A stretch of 42,828 nucleotides of DNA from NCBI GenBank assembly GCA_964454175.1, contig CAYVSA010000010.1, positions 1 to 42,828 of the forward strand, given 5' to 3'. The notes under the pieces were generated by a model. It did no database searches. It was given only the letters and a program-made list of their open reading frames with translations, and was not told where the DNA came from. Of this stretch, positions 6,114-16,737 are shown piece by piece. Made by a program: the position numbers and the translations under genes. Source of the DNA: an uncultured Pseudomonadota bacterium. Lineage in GTDB: Bacteria > BMS3Abin14. Within the stretch, counting starts at the first letter, position 1, and each line of letters opens with the position of its first letter.

Positions 6114-8611
6114 AGTTGTCCAGACCGGCCGCACCGACAGGCCAGGAGAAAGTAAACCTCGGGCTCAAAAAGCCGGGCTGGTTCGCGTCTCTTTTCACCT
6201 GGGATGAGGAAACCCAGTGGTCCGTGCTCTTCTGGATCACTGCGATAGTGATAACTTTTCTCATACTTCCTCCGCGGCAGCTTCAAAGGTGGAACTACGA
6301 GGTCGGTGATATCGCTCACCGTGACATACGGGCTCCTCAGTCATTCCTTGTGGAGGATCCAGCCTCGACCCAGGCCAGAAAGCTCGAAGCAGAGGCCTCC
6401 GTGCTTGCAGTATATGATTTTGACCGCCGCCAGGAGGTGGACATCCTTTCATCTTTCCGGGAGTTTTTCCAGGAAATGAGAGGGCTCCTCATGAGCCTCA
6501 AGGCCCAGGAAATGGTTCTCCTTAAGAACTATAACAAGAGCAAAGGAGAGCAGAGAGTAAAATTAAAACAGGAGCTGGAGCTGTTCAGACAGCAGGCGGA
6601 AAAACAGAGGATCGAACCCACGACCGCCTTTATCCAATCCGTGGCCCTTGAGATAACTTATGAACAGATGACGCCGCTATTTGCTGACGGCTTTTCTGAA
6701 AAAACCGAGTCGATCATGGTCGATTCTTTCCAGCCCATAGTTGGCACCGGGATAGTTTCCAACCAGGAACTTCTTCTCAGGGAAAGAGGAAAGGGGATCA
6801 ATGTAAGGACCCTGGAAGCGGTTGCCGAAGAGATGGTACTTGACGATTTTTCTTCAATTCTATCTCTCGATGCTGCGCGAAGTAAGATAAGGGACGGTAT
6901 AAATTCGGTTCGGTGGACGAGACAGCAGCTTCCCCTTAAAAAGTTCCTTCTCACATTCTCCCTTGACCTGGTGAGGCCTAACCTGACTTTTAACCGCTCG
7001 GAAACCGAAGAACGCCGGAAAAAAGCTGTGGAGGAAACCAGCGCCGTTTATCACAAGGTCAAAAAGGGGCAGATAATCGTAAGGATGGGGGATCCGGTAA
7101 CTGAGAATAATCTCCTTAAGATCCACTCGCTGAACAACATCGCTCCCAGCAAGGGCAGGATAACAAACGTCCTTGGCGCTTTCATTCTGACGGCGCTTAT
7201 TCTCTTTATCTTTTACAGGGTTCTGGTGCTCGTCGTTCCAGAAGTCCAGAAGGATAACTACAGGCTCATTATGCTTGTAGTCGTTATAGTCATGCAGACG
7301 GGCCTCACACGTATCTTCATGATGCTGGCCCAGGCAGTATCCGCTACGAATCCGTCCATCAGTGAAACGGCGCTTCAGCTTGTCGTGCCCTTCGCGGCTG
7401 GTGCAATGCTCACCGGCACCCTTTTCCCTACAGCCGTCGGTGTCCTTGTCGCGGGTGTGAGCTCTATTTTCTCCGGTGTTATAGGCGACTGGAGTCTCAT
7501 GGTCTTTGTTTATTCCTTCGCTGGAGGAATAATTGCAGCTTTTTCGGTGATCAACTGCAGGCAGAGGTCCTCTCTTGTCAGGGCAGGCCTGATGGTGGGA
7601 GCCGTTAATTCGGCTGTCGCAGTAGTCTCCATCCTCAACGGCGGCGAGCTGTTCACTGTTGCCTCCTTCTATCAGGTCCTTTCCGCACTGGGTGGCGGTG
7701 TCGTGGTCTCCCTCATTGTTTCACTGGCACTGCCCATACTGGAAACCGTGTTCGGGGTTGCCACAGACATGAAGCTGATGGAGCTTGCTAATCTTAATCA
7801 GCCTGCTCTAAAGGAGATGATAGTCAGGGCCCCGGGCAGCTACCATCACAGTGTCCTGGTGGGGTCTCTTGCAGAAGCGGCTGCTGAGGAAATTGGCGCA
7901 AACCCTCTTCTGGCAAGGGTTGCTGCTTCCTATCACGATATCGGCAAGGTCAACAAACCCGAGTATTTCGTTGAGAATCAGGAGGACAGGTACAGCCGCC
8001 ACGAGAGACTTACTCCCAATATGAGTGCCTTGATACTGACAGCCCACGTTAAGGACGGTGTCGAGATCGCAAGAGAGGAAAATCTGCCGCGCAGAATAAT
8101 CGACATAATAAGGCAGCATCATGGTACACGGCTGATCACATTCTTTTACAGCAAGGCCAAGGAGATGGAAGACCCGTCGGTGCAGTCGGTGAACGAAAGC
8201 GATTTTCGCTACCATGGGCCGAAGCCTCACAGCAGGGAGGCCGCTATTATCATGCTCGCTGACGCTGTTGAGGCCGCTTCCAAGGTCCTTGCGGATCCGA
8301 CACCCGCCCGCATCCGGGGCCTTGTGCAGAAGATAATCAACGAAATTTTCATAGACGGGCAGTTGGACGAATCAACTTTGACATTGAGAGATCTTCACCA
8401 TCTCGCCAAGAGTTTCACTCACACACTGACAGGAATATTTCACCATCGCATTGACTATCCACAGCGGCCTCTGGCCTCATCGGTGAGAAAGGACAGGAAG
8501 AAAAAGAAAGATAATGGTGCTGTTGCAGAGCAGGATGGCGTTAAAAACGAGCCTCCGGAAGACGCTCGAGGGCCTGGCGCAAAGGATATTAAGCGACTTG
8601 GACAGGCCTGA
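6110..8611 (+). CDS. 7TM-HD (HDIG) membrane phosphohydrolase, PgpH-like
   Basis: Large extracytoplasmic domain, about 7 TM helices, APGSYHHS, YHDIGK, QHHGT, MLADAVEAA, HHRIDYP; typical position between phoH and ybeY. Confidence 0.9.
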   Translation: MKLSRPAAPTGQEKVNLGLKKPGWFASLFTWDEETQWSVLFWITAIVITFLILPPRQLQRWNYEVGDIAHRDIRAPQSFLVEDPASTQARKLEAEASVLAVYDFDRRQEVDILSSFREFFQEMRGLLMSLKAQEMVLLKNYNKSKGEQRVKLKQELELFRQQAEKQRIEPTTAFIQSVALEITYEQMTPLFADGFSEKTESIMVDSFQPIVGTGIVSNQELLLRERGKGINVRTLEAVAEEMVLDDFSSILSLDAARSKIRDGINSVRWTRQQLPLKKFLLTFSLDLVRPNLTFNRSETEERRKKAVEETSAVYHKVKKGQIIVRMGDPVTENNLLKIHSLNNIAPSKGRITNVLGAFILTALILFIFYRVLVLVVPEVQKDNYRLIMLVVVIVMQTGLTRIFMMLAQAVSATNPSISETALQLVVPFAAGAMLTGTLFPTAVGVLVAGVSSIFSGVIGDWSLMVFVYSFAGGIIAAFSVINCRQRSSLVRAGLMVGAVNSAVAVVSILNGGELFTVASFYQVLSALGGGVVVSLIVSLALPILETVFGVATDMKLMELANLNQPALKEMIVRAPGSYHHSVLVGSLAEAAAEEIGANPLLARVAASYHDIGKVNKPEYFVENQEDRYSRHERLTPNMSALILTAHVKDGVEIAREENLPRRIIDIIRQHHGTRLITFFYSKAKEMEDPSVQSVNESDFRYHGPKPHSREAAIIMLADAVEAASKVLADPTPARIRGLVQKIINEIFIDGQLDESTLTLRDLHHLAKSFTHTLTGIFHHRIDYPQRPLASSVRKDRKKKKDNGAVAEQDGVKNEPPEDARGPGAKDIKRLGQA

Positions 8612-8948
8612 GGCCGAACTGAGTATCCTGGTGACAGACGATCGGGAGATAGAGGGGCTCAACCGAAATTACAGGAACCGCGGCCGACCGACCGACGTCC
8701 TCGCTTTTCCCCAGACACAGGTAAGTCCGGAGCAGAAGAGTTCCGGTCCCACTCTGCTTGGCGATGTGGTCATCTCACTTCAGAGAGCTGAAGCTCAGGC
8801 TCTGGAGCAGGGAGTACCTCTGGAATCCGAGATGCGAAGGCTGCTTGCTCACGGGGTCCTGCATCTCCTTGGTTTTGACCACGAAATTTCCATTGAGAAT
8901 GCAGGGGACATGAGAAAACTTGAAGATAAATATGCGGAATTGGAATAA
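8514..8948 (+). CDS. ybeY: rRNA maturation RNase YbeY
   Basis: LNRNYR..RPTDVLAF, LGDVVIS, HGVLHLLGFDH. Confidence 0.95.
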   Translation: MVLLQSRMALKTSLRKTLEGLAQRILSDLDRPEAELSILVTDDREIEGLNRNYRNRGRPTDVLAFPQTQVSPEQKSSGPTLLGDVVISLQRAEAQALEQGVPLESEMRRLLAHGVLHLLGFDHEISIENAGDMRKLEDKYAELE

Positions 8949-8950
8949 TA

Positions 8951-9065
8951 GACATTGGACATTAGGCGGCAGTTAACATTTGTCAGTAGTCAGGGGTCAG
9001 TGGTCAGTAACCAGAAACCAGAAGCTCCAATTGACCTTGGCCTCTGGATCTTGGCCTTTGGTTTT
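8951..9065. repeat. Heptamer tandem arrays, partly complementary arms
   Basis: GACATTG GACATTA (8951-8964); GTCAGTA GTCAGGG GTCAGTG GTCAGTA ACCAGAA ACCAGAA (8982-9023); TGGCCTC TGGATCT TGGCCTT TGGTTTT (9038-9065). Confidence 0.8.
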
Positions 9066-9110
9066 GAAAATCAGATCATGAATATTTAATGGAGGAATCT
9101 GGAACCTGAT

Positions 9111-9941
9111 ATGTCGCATTCATTGATACAATGGTTGAAAACTCTTATCAGAAACTTCACAAGAGGTCATGTGACCGAAGAGGATATCCAGAGCCTTATC
9201 GATGTGGGGGAGCAGGAAGGCGTGATCGACAGGGATGAGCATGCGATGATAGATGCCGTCCTCGATCTTGGGGACACGAAGGTGCGTGAAGTACAGGTTC
9301 CCAGGACAGAAATGGTTGCTCTTGATAAAGACAGCTCCCTGGAGGGCGCACTGGATACCATTATTCAGGCCGGGCACAGCAGGATCCCTGTTTTTGATGG
9401 TGATATAGACAATATCATCGGGATCCTTTACGCAAAGGACCTCCTGAAATCGTGGGGCTGTACACCACAGGAGATCGACCTTACGAAGGTGCTGCGTAAA
9501 GCATTTTTCGTTCCTGAAAGCAAGGCGGTCAATGATCTGCTCAAGGAGTTCAAAACGAAACGGGTCCACATGGCGGTAGTGGTCGATGAGTATGGGGGTA
9601 CTTCGGGTCTTGTCACCATCGAGGATATTCTGGAGGAAATAGTCGGAGACATTCAGGACGAGTACGACCCTGAAGACGAAGCATCTATAAAAACACTGGA
9701 TGACGGCAGCCATATGTTTGATGCGCGTTGTACTCTGGACGACTTCGGGGAGGAGACGGGGGTGGTGCTGGAGAGGGGTGATTACGATACGCTGGGAGGC
9801 TTCATTACCAGGGTCCTGGGGCACGTGCCGGCGACGGGAGAAGCCTTCTCATATCATGGGCTTGAGTTCGAAATAGAAGATGCGGATGCTCGCCGGGTTA
9901 CCAAGATCCGCGTCAGGAAGTCCGAAGACGGAGCAGCTTAG
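9111..9941 (+). CDS. corC: CorC/HlyC-family CBS-domain protein
   Basis: GHSRIPVF, GILYAKDLL, HMAVVVDEYGGTSGLVTIEDILEEIVGDIQDEYD, YDTLGG; upstream of lnt. Confidence 0.88.
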   Translation: MSHSLIQWLKTLIRNFTRGHVTEEDIQSLIDVGEQEGVIDRDEHAMIDAVLDLGDTKVREVQVPRTEMVALDKDSSLEGALDTIIQAGHSRIPVFDGDIDNIIGILYAKDLLKSWGCTPQEIDLTKVLRKAFFVPESKAVNDLLKEFKTKRVHMAVVVDEYGGTSGLVTIEDILEEIVGDIQDEYDPEDEASIKTLDDGSHMFDARCTLDDFGEETGVVLERGDYDTLGGFITRVLGHVPATGEAFSYHGLEFEIEDADARRVTKIRVRKSEDGAA

Positions 9942-9944
9942 GTC

Positions 9945-11453
9945 ATGCTTAACGGCGCTCTGCTGAGGGCCCTGGCGACCTCTTTTTTCCTGATACTTGC
10001 TTTTCCCAGGCCTGACATCGGGGCCATTTCCCTGGTAGCTTTGATCCCACTGCTCGCAGCAGTAGAGGGAAAAACCGGGCTTAAGGCTTTTTCCACCGGT
10101 TGGATGGCCGGTTTTGTCTGGTTCTTCTTCTCCCTCAACTGGATTGCCGGGACCTTGAGGGAGTTTGGCAGCATTCCATTCCCGCTCAACCAGCTGGTGA
10201 TCGCCCTCCTGTGTACGATCCTTGCACTTTACACTGGTATTTTTTCTCTTCTGGTAGCCTCTTTGGGGAGGGTTTCCCCCTGGAGTGTCCTGCTGTATCC
10301 ATCCTTATGGGTAGCAATTGAATATTTCCGAGCCTCGGTTCCCGTACCGTTCCCGTGGCTGCTGCTGGGCTCGGCGTTCTGGAAAATGCACTTCGCTTCC
10401 GGGCTTTTTGCATTGGTCGGGGTTTATGGCGTCTCCTTCGCCGTAGTTGCCGTAAATACACTGTTATTTTGTTCTTACCGTGAATTAATGGGCCGAAGGC
10501 CAGGGAGTGCCTCGAGGTGGCTTGCGGCGGCAGTGGGTGTTTCTACTGCCCTGTTATTCATTTCCTCGGCGGCGGGCAGGAGTCAGGATGGCACCAGGAT
10601 AACTGTCGCGGTAGTTCAGGGCAACTATGCTCAGGAGATCAAGTGGGAGGAGTCATACCGTGAAGAGGTGATCTCCAGCTATCTTTCCCTTACCAGGCAG
10701 GCCGTATCCGAGGGGGCTGAGCTGGTTGTGTGGCCCGAGACCGCAATGCCGTTTTACTACCAGGTGGAGCCTGAAATAGCCGAGCGCCTGAAAAATATGG
10801 TACGGCAGGAGAAGATTCATCTGGTTTTTGGCAGCCCGGCTTTTAACATAAATGGAAGTGACCTTTTTTTGTACAACCGTGCATACCATATTTCACCAGA
10901 GGGGGTAGAAGAATATTACGACAAGATCAAGCTTGTTCCATTCGGTGAATATGTACCGTTTAAAGCATTGATACCCTTCGTGGAAAGGATTGTTCCAGGA
11001 GTTGGGGATTACGCGAAAGGGCAGTGGACCGCCCCGTTCAGTACCCCTGTCAGGTCCGGGGCCCTGATCTGCTACGAGATCTCCATCCCTGGTCTGACAA
11101 GGCGGGAGGCAGCCGACGGGGCGAGGATGATACTGAACCTCACAAATGACGCCTGGTTCGGGACATCCTGGGGGCCTTATCAGCACCTTGCCATGACAGC
11201 CTTGAGGGCCGCTGAGAACAGGGTTCCGGTCGTAAGGGCAGCCAATACGGGTATCTCCGCAGTATTTGACCGCAGCGGCAGAAAAGTCGACGAGATCGGT
11301 CTGTTTCGTAAGGGGTATATTGTGACCGCCGTTGAGGCCGGATCAGGGCCGAGCATATATACGAAATTTGGGAACATGATTGTCTATCTGTCTGTAATTG
11401 TGATAATATTCAGCGTTTCAAAATACCTTTTAAAAAGGTTTAGGCAGCCATAA
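9945..11453 (+). CDS. lnt: Apolipoprotein N-acyltransferase
   Basis: TM-rich N-half, VQGN, WPETA, YDKIKLVPFGEYVP, LICYE, TNDAWFG, RAANTGIS. Confidence 0.95.
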   Translation: MLNGALLRALATSFFLILAFPRPDIGAISLVALIPLLAAVEGKTGLKAFSTGWMAGFVWFFFSLNWIAGTLREFGSIPFPLNQLVIALLCTILALYTGIFSLLVASLGRVSPWSVLLYPSLWVAIEYFRASVPVPFPWLLLGSAFWKMHFASGLFALVGVYGVSFAVVAVNTLLFCSYRELMGRRPGSASRWLAAAVGVSTALLFISSAAGRSQDGTRITVAVVQGNYAQEIKWEESYREEVISSYLSLTRQAVSEGAELVVWPETAMPFYYQVEPEIAERLKNMVRQEKIHLVFGSPAFNINGSDLFLYNRAYHISPEGVEEYYDKIKLVPFGEYVPFKALIPFVERIVPGVGDYAKGQWTAPFSTPVRSGALICYEISIPGLTRREAADGARMILNLTNDAWFGTSWGPYQHLAMTALRAAENRVPVVRAANTGISAVFDRSGRKVDEIGLFRKGYIVTAVEAGSGPSIYTKFGNMIVYLSVIVIIFSVSKYLLKRFRQP

Positions 11454-11477
11454 ATATTGATCACCGGAGGAAAGAAG

Positions 11478-12603
11478 ATGGACAACCTCGATCAGTTCGT
11501 ACAAGCATTGTCCGAAGCCGATAAAAAGCTGAAAACCCTCTGGAGGCATCTTTGACCCGGACGGAAAAACAAAGCAGATCAAGGAACTTGAAAAAGCCGC
11601 CTCTGAGGCCGATTTCTGGAACGATCATGAAAATGCCCAGTCCAAAACCCGGGAACTGGCACGGTTAAAGAGTGACGTAAATACTTTCCAGAAGATACAG
11701 GACATGATTTCTGATCTCGAAGCAGCCGTAGAGCTCCTCGAGGAGGCCGACAGCAGGGAGGGACAAGACCTTCTTGCAGAATCCGTGTCTCAGTTGACGG
11801 CAATGGAGAGTGCCCTTTCACAACTGGAGCTTCAGTCCCTCCTCGGGGACGAGGCAGACCCAAAGAATGCCATAATTTCCATAAATCCCGGAGCAGGGGG
11901 AGTAGAGTCGCAGGACTGGGCACAGACTCTTCTGAGAATGTACCTGCGCTGGGCTGAACGCAGAGGGTACCAGACGGAGATGCTGGATCATCAGCCTGCA
12001 GAGGAAGCTGGTATAAAGAGCGCCACCTTTGCAGTTGAGGGTGATTATGCTTACGGCTACCTCAAAGCGGAAAGCGGGGTGCACCGGCTGGTCCGCATTT
12101 CACCCTACGATGCCAGCAGCCGCAGGCACACATCCTTCGCCTCTTTGTTCGCGTATCCTGAAGTGGACGAAGACATTGATCTCGAGATCGAGGAAAAAGA
12201 TCTTCGTGTCGATACTTTCCGATCCAGCGGTGCTGGAGGGCAGCATGTGAACGTGACCGATTCTGCGGTGCGCATCACTCACCTTCCCACCGGAATAGTC
12301 GTTACCTGCCAGAACGAGAGATCTCAGCACAAGAACAGGGCAACGGCAATGCGTATATTAAGAGCAAGGATCTACGAACAGCGCAAACGGGAAAAGATGG
12401 AAGAGATAGCCAATACCCAACCTGAGAAAAAGAATATCGCCTGGGGCAGCCAGATACGCAGCTACGTTCTCCATCCATACAGGATGGTCAAAGACCACAG
12501 AACAGGATGTGAGACGGGCAACGTTGACGCGGTGTTAGACGGCGATCTGGATAGGTTCATACAGGCCTTTTTGCTGGGTGAGGGCTTAGAAGATGGCTCA
12601 TGA
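11478..12603 (+). CDS. prfB: Peptide chain release factor 2 (programmed +1 frameshift)
   Basis: ATG 11478, 25 codons to CTT TGA C (11550-11556), continues in +1 frame DPDGK...DFWND into ORF 11704-12603; GAGGQHVN, SPY anticodon-mimic region, WGSQIRSY. Confidence 0.96.
11542..11556 (+). promoter_or_regulatory. RF2 autoregulatory frameshift site
   Basis: GGAGG-CAT-CTT-TGA-C: internal Shine-Dalgarno 3 nt before the slippery CTT TGA C. Confidence 0.95.
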
Positions 12604-13687
12604 TGACGACAGGTTCATGGCAAGGGCGCTGAGGCTGGCTGCCCGGGGACGCGGTACCACGCATCCTAATCCTATGGTGGGTGCGGTAGTTGTAAAGAGT
12701 GGACAGGTGGTTGGTGAGGGCTGGCACTCCCGTCCGGGGGAAAAGCATGCCGAAGACGCGGCACTGGCTGCCGCAGGGCCGGCTGCCGCAGGATCCACCC
12801 TCTACGTCAACCTCGAGCCATGCTGCCACCATGGCAAAACTCCTCCGTGCACGGAGGCGATATTAAAAGCTGGTGTGAAAAGAGTTGTAATCGGGTGCAC
12901 TGACAGGGACACCAGGGTTGCCGGCAAAGGTGAGGCCGCTCTGAGAGAGTCGGGGGTGGCTGTATTTACTGGTGTGGCCGAAAAAAAAGCGAAGGAACTT
13001 AACAGGGCCTACCTGCATTATGCGGCCACTGACAGCCCTTACGTCACCCTGAAACTTGCAGTAACCCTCGATGGCAGAATAGCGACATCTTCTGGTCAAT
13101 CGAAATGGATAACCGGTCGGGAGTCGAGGAAACAGGCTCACCTTCTCAGGGGCGTTGTGGACGGAGTTCTAACCGGTGTCGGCACCGTGTTGGCCGACGA
13201 CCCGCTTCTCACGGCGAGAGCGCCCGGTGTAAAAGTGCAGCCTGAAAGGATCATCCTCGACCCTGCCCTCAGGACCCCGGTCGATGCCAGGCTTGTGGAT
13301 GAAGCCGTCGACGGCAAAACAGTCCTGGTGGTTGGAAAATCAGTTCCTGAGTCCAGGATGGCGCCCTATCTCGACAGCGGTGTCAGGTTTCTCAAACTTT
13401 CCACAAGGCAGGGAACATTCTCCTGGAACGATCTCAGGAGCGGTCTTGTCAGCGAGAACGTTATACATCTGCTCGTGGAGGGAGGCTCCTTCACGGCAGC
13501 GTGGTTCATAAGGGAAGGTGCAGTGAGCAGGGTAGAGCTTTACTATGCTCCCAGCCTCCTTGGATCAGACTCCCTTCCGGCTGTGGGTGAGTTGCTGGTC
13601 GATGACCTTCGGCATGCCCCCAGGTTTGATATGGTGAGCTGCAGGCGGACCGGAAGCGATCTTCACATGATCCTTGATGTTCTCTGA
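12593..13687 (+). CDS. ribD: Riboflavin biosynthesis deaminase/reductase RibD
   Basis: PNPMVGAV, HAE, LEPCCHHGKTPPC, TLDGRIAT, LLVEGG. Confidence 0.96.
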   Translation: MAHDDDRFMARALRLAARGRGTTHPNPMVGAVVVKSGQVVGEGWHSRPGEKHAEDAALAAAGPAAAGSTLYVNLEPCCHHGKTPPCTEAILKAGVKRVVIGCTDRDTRVAGKGEAALRESGVAVFTGVAEKKAKELNRAYLHYAATDSPYVTLKLAVTLDGRIATSSGQSKWITGRESRKQAHLLRGVVDGVLTGVGTVLADDPLLTARAPGVKVQPERIILDPALRTPVDARLVDEAVDGKTVLVVGKSVPESRMAPYLDSGVRFLKLSTRQGTFSWNDLRSGLVSENVIHLLVEGGSFTAAWFIREGAVSRVELYYAPSLLGSDSLPAVGELLVDDLRHAPRFDMVSCRRTGSDLHMILDVL

Positions 13688-13713
13688 TTGACGCTGTTGT
13701 TGATCAATATCTG

Positions 13714-13755
13714 CCTGGGACCTGGGTCATGGGACCAGGGACACAGATTCAGGAC
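13714..13755. repeat. Heptamer tandem array
   Basis: CCTGGGA CCTGGGT CATGGGA CCAGGGA followed by degenerate units CACAGAT TCAGGAC. Confidence 0.7.
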
Positions 13756-13817
13756 GCGAGAAAAGCAAATGGAAAAGAAAATGATTATATTTATCGGGCA
13801 GGGACACGGATAGAAGG

Positions 13818-14474
13818 ATGTTTACCGGCATAGTCGAAGAAGTCGGGAAGATCGGAGCCTCCAGGCGCGTTGACGGAGGTGTGCGTCTGGACATTACTGC
13901 TGACAAGGTCTTGCAGGGCACTGATCCCGGTGACAGCATTGCGGTTGATGGTGTTTGCCTCACGGTAGAAAGCCTCACGCTTAGTTCGTTTTCGTGCTTC
14001 GTTTCTCTGGAGACGCTTGAAGTGACGACTCTGGATGGGTTGTCAGGAGGCCGTGATGTGAACCTGGAGAGGGCCCTCGCTGTCGGGGACAGAGTTGGCG
14101 GCCACCTTATGCCCGGTCACGTGGAGGCGGTAGGGACTGTGAAGTCGATCCATTCTTCCGGAGACGGTCACAGGTTTGACATTTCCTTTCCCGATGATTT
14201 CGCAAAGTATGTCGTCAAAAAGGGGTCTGTTGCGATTGACGGCATAAGCCTGACGGTTTCGGGGCACTCCGGGATGAGTTTCAGTGTCGCGATCGTCCCG
14301 AAAACTCTCGAGAACACCACCTTGCGATTGAAAAGGAGTGGTGATTCTGTTAATTTGGAACCCGACCTGGTGCTTAAATACGTCAGGTCCTCCATGCTCT
14401 CTCTTGCCCAGGACGAAGAGAGTGGGGATATCACCATGGAAAAACTCATAAAGTCGGGGTTTATCTCCGATTAG
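13818..14474 (+). CDS. ribE: Riboflavin synthase (alpha chain)
   Basis: [40 protein letters not shown] (named ribC in E. coli). Confidence 0.95.
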   Translation: MFTGIVEEVGKIGASRRVDGGVRLDITADKVLQGTDPGDSIAVDGVCLTVESLTLSSFSCFVSLETLEVTTLDGLSGGRDVNLERALAVGDRVGGHLMPGHVEAVGTVKSIHSSGDGHRFDISFPDDFAKYVVKKGSVAIDGISLTVSGHSGMSFSVAIVPKTLENTTLRLKRSGDSVNLEPDLVLKYVRSSMLSLAQDEESGDITMEKLIKSGFISD

Positions 14475-14484
14475 GGAGGCAGTG

Positions 14485-15687
14485 ATGTCTGTTTCATGCA
14501 TCGAGAGCGCTCTCGAAGACCTTCGGGAGGGCAAAGTCATAATCCTCGTCGACGATGAAGATCGTGAGAACGAGGGAGATTTCATGGTCGCTGCCGAAAA
14601 GGCGACTCCCGAGATCGTTAATTTCATGGCGCTTCACGGGCGCGGCCTTATCTGTCTTTCACTTACAGAAGAAAAGTGCGAGGCACTTTCGCTGCCCCAG
14701 ATGGTAAACGATAACAGGACCAAGTACGGCACCGCCTTTACGGTATCGGTTGAAGCAAGAAAGGGAGTTACTACGGGGATATCGGCGGCGGACCGTGCAA
14801 CTACGATCCTCACAGCCATAGAGGATGGGTGCGGCCCGGACGATCTTGTAAGACCCGGCCATGTCTTCCCCATCCGGGCGCGTAAGGGAGGGGTCCTCGT
14901 CAGAGCTGGTCAGACGGAGGGTTCTGTTGATCTGGCCAGGGCAGCAGGGTTAAAGCCAGCCGGTGTGATCTGCGAGATCATGAATGAGGATGGTTCCATG
15001 GCCCGGATGCCGCAGCTGAAGGAGGTAGCCGACAGGTTCGGCCTCCGGATAGTTTCGATCGCGGATGTGGTCGAATACAGGATGAAACATGAACGGCTCA
15101 TTGAAAGGGTCGCCACGACGGTGCTCCCGACCAGGTACGGCCTTTTTTCCGCAGCGGCATATAGAAACGGGATCGACGGTCAGGAGCACATGGCTCTCGT
15201 GTTGGGAGAGATCCACAAGGATGTGCCAGCAATGGTCAGGGTCCACTCCGAATGCATCACGGGAGACGTCTTTCACTCACATCGCTGCGATTGCGGCGAA
15301 CAGATGGAGTGTTCCCTGAAAATGATCCAGGAGCAGGGCAGCGGGGTGTTCCTTTACATGGGCCAGGAAGGACGCGGTATAGGCCTTGCCAACAAGCTGA
15401 GGGCATACCAACTCCAGGATGAGGGCAGGGACACCGTTGAAGCTAATCTGGAACTGGGTTTCGCACCGGACCTGAGGGACTATGGAATTGGTGCCCAGAT
15501 ACTGGTTGACCTCGGGGTAGGAATGATACGGCTCTTGACCAATAACCCCAAAAAGATAGTCGGTCTTGAGGGGTACGGTCTGTCCGTTGTCGAGAGAGTC
15601 CCCATTGAGGTTGAAGCAAGGAAGGAAAATATCAGATACCTCAAGACCAAGAAGGACAAGATGGGCCACCTGCTGGGTAAAGTTTGA
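14485..15687 (+). CDS. ribBA: Bifunctional DHBP synthase / GTP cyclohydrolase II
   Basis: [54 protein letters not shown] 14485 fits GGAGG spacing. Confidence 0.96.
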   Translation: MSVSCIESALEDLREGKVIILVDDEDRENEGDFMVAAEKATPEIVNFMALHGRGLICLSLTEEKCEALSLPQMVNDNRTKYGTAFTVSVEARKGVTTGISAADRATTILTAIEDGCGPDDLVRPGHVFPIRARKGGVLVRAGQTEGSVDLARAAGLKPAGVICEIMNEDGSMARMPQLKEVADRFGLRIVSIADVVEYRMKHERLIERVATTVLPTRYGLFSAAAYRNGIDGQEHMALVLGEIHKDVPAMVRVHSECITGDVFHSHRCDCGEQMECSLKMIQEQGSGVFLYMGQEGRGIGLANKLRAYQLQDEGRDTVEANLELGFAPDLRDYGIGAQILVDLGVGMIRLLTNNPKKIVGLEGYGLSVVERVPIEVEARKENIRYLKTKKDKMGHLLGKV

Positions 15688-15747
15688 TTGTTAATTTCAA
15701 GTCGCGATCTGATGCCCGACGCTGACAACCATCTGGTTGGATCCACG

Positions 15748-15775
15748 TTGGACATTGGACATTGGACTTTGGACG
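15748..15775. repeat. Heptamer tandem array
   Basis: TTGGACA TTGGACA TTGGACT TTGGACG; same unit as GACATTG at 8951. Confidence 0.8.
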
Positions 15776-15837
15776 CGAGGATACACAGGATCGGCCAGTG
15801 AACATCAGGTCGATACCTGTTTGGATAAGGAGAGCAA

Positions 15838-16308
15838 ATGTCAGAATACAAAACGCTAGAGGGTAAGCTGGATGCTGCCGGCCTTAAAGTTGTCATCGTA
15901 GCTTCCAGGTTCAACGATTTCATAACCGGCAGACTGATCGACGGTGCTCTTGACTGTCTCGTCCGTCACGGCGCCGCGAAGTCAGATATCACTCTGGTAA
16001 GGGTTCCTGGTTCTTTTGAGCTGCCCCTAGCGGCCCAGACCATATCCAGGTCCGGTTCTGTGGATGCCATAGTGTGCCTCGGTGCCCTGATCAGAGGGCA
16101 GACACCTCATTTTGATTACATTGCATCAGAGGTTACAAAGGGCATAGCCCTTATTTCTCTTGAGAGCGGGCTCCCCCTGACCTTCGGGGTTATAACCGCT
16201 GACAGCCTTGAACAGGCTATCGACAGGGCCGGTGCCAAAACCGGGAACAAGGGTTTCGAGGCGGCGGCCAGCGCCATTGAGATGGCTAACCTGCTTCGGG
16301 AAATATAA
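15838..16308 (+). CDS. ribH: 6,7-dimethyl-8-ribityllumazine synthase
   Basis: [34 protein letters not shown]. Confidence 0.96.
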   Translation: MSEYKTLEGKLDAAGLKVVIVASRFNDFITGRLIDGALDCLVRHGAAKSDITLVRVPGSFELPLAAQTISRSGSVDAIVCLGALIRGQTPHFDYIASEVTKGIALISLESGLPLTFGVITADSLEQAIDRAGAKTGNKGFEAAASAIEMANLLREI

Positions 16309-16320
16309 AGCCGGCAGCAG

Positions 16321-16737
16321 ATGGGCAGTCGACACAGGGCCAGGGAACTGGCTGTCCAGGTTCTTTACGGGCTGGATCTTAATCCGGGCTCCGTCGATCA
16401 GGCGATCTCAGGGAACCGTCATTGGGTCTCTATGACCGACTCAGACAGGGATTTCGCGCGGGATCTGGTAGAGGGCACTGCAGGCAGGCTGCCTGAGTTG
16501 GACTCTCTTATCCTGGCAGCATCACATAAATGGGATCTGAAGCGCATGGCGGTCGTGGACCGCAACGTCCTGAGGATCGCTGTCTACGAGCTGACGCAGC
16601 ACGGTCTGACCCCTGCCCGGGTTGTCATCAACGAGGCGATCGAGCTTGCAAAGGATTTTGGAGGTGAGGAGTCGGGGGTCTTCGTAAACGGATTACTTGA
16701 TCAAATACGCATCAATATCGGGAGAGAAATTGAATGA
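16321..16737 (+). CDS. nusB: Transcription antitermination factor NusB
   Basis: RHRARELAVQVLY, DRNVLR, VINEAIELAK, FVNGLLD; follows ribH. Confidence 0.95.
   Translation: MGSRHRARELAVQVLYGLDLNPGSVDQAISGNRHWVSMTDSDRDFARDLVEGTAGRLPELDSLILAASHKWDLKRMAVVDRNVLRIAVYELTQHGLTPARVVINEAIELAKDFGGEESGVFVNGLLDQIRINIGREIE

Noticed and set aside
8951-9065. CRISPR array
   Set aside because: Units are 7 bp tandem with no spacers and no cas genes are present
12540-13817. FMN riboswitch for the rib operon
   Set aside because: ribD overlaps prfB, leaving no leader, and no RFN conserved motifs were recognised in the internal spacers
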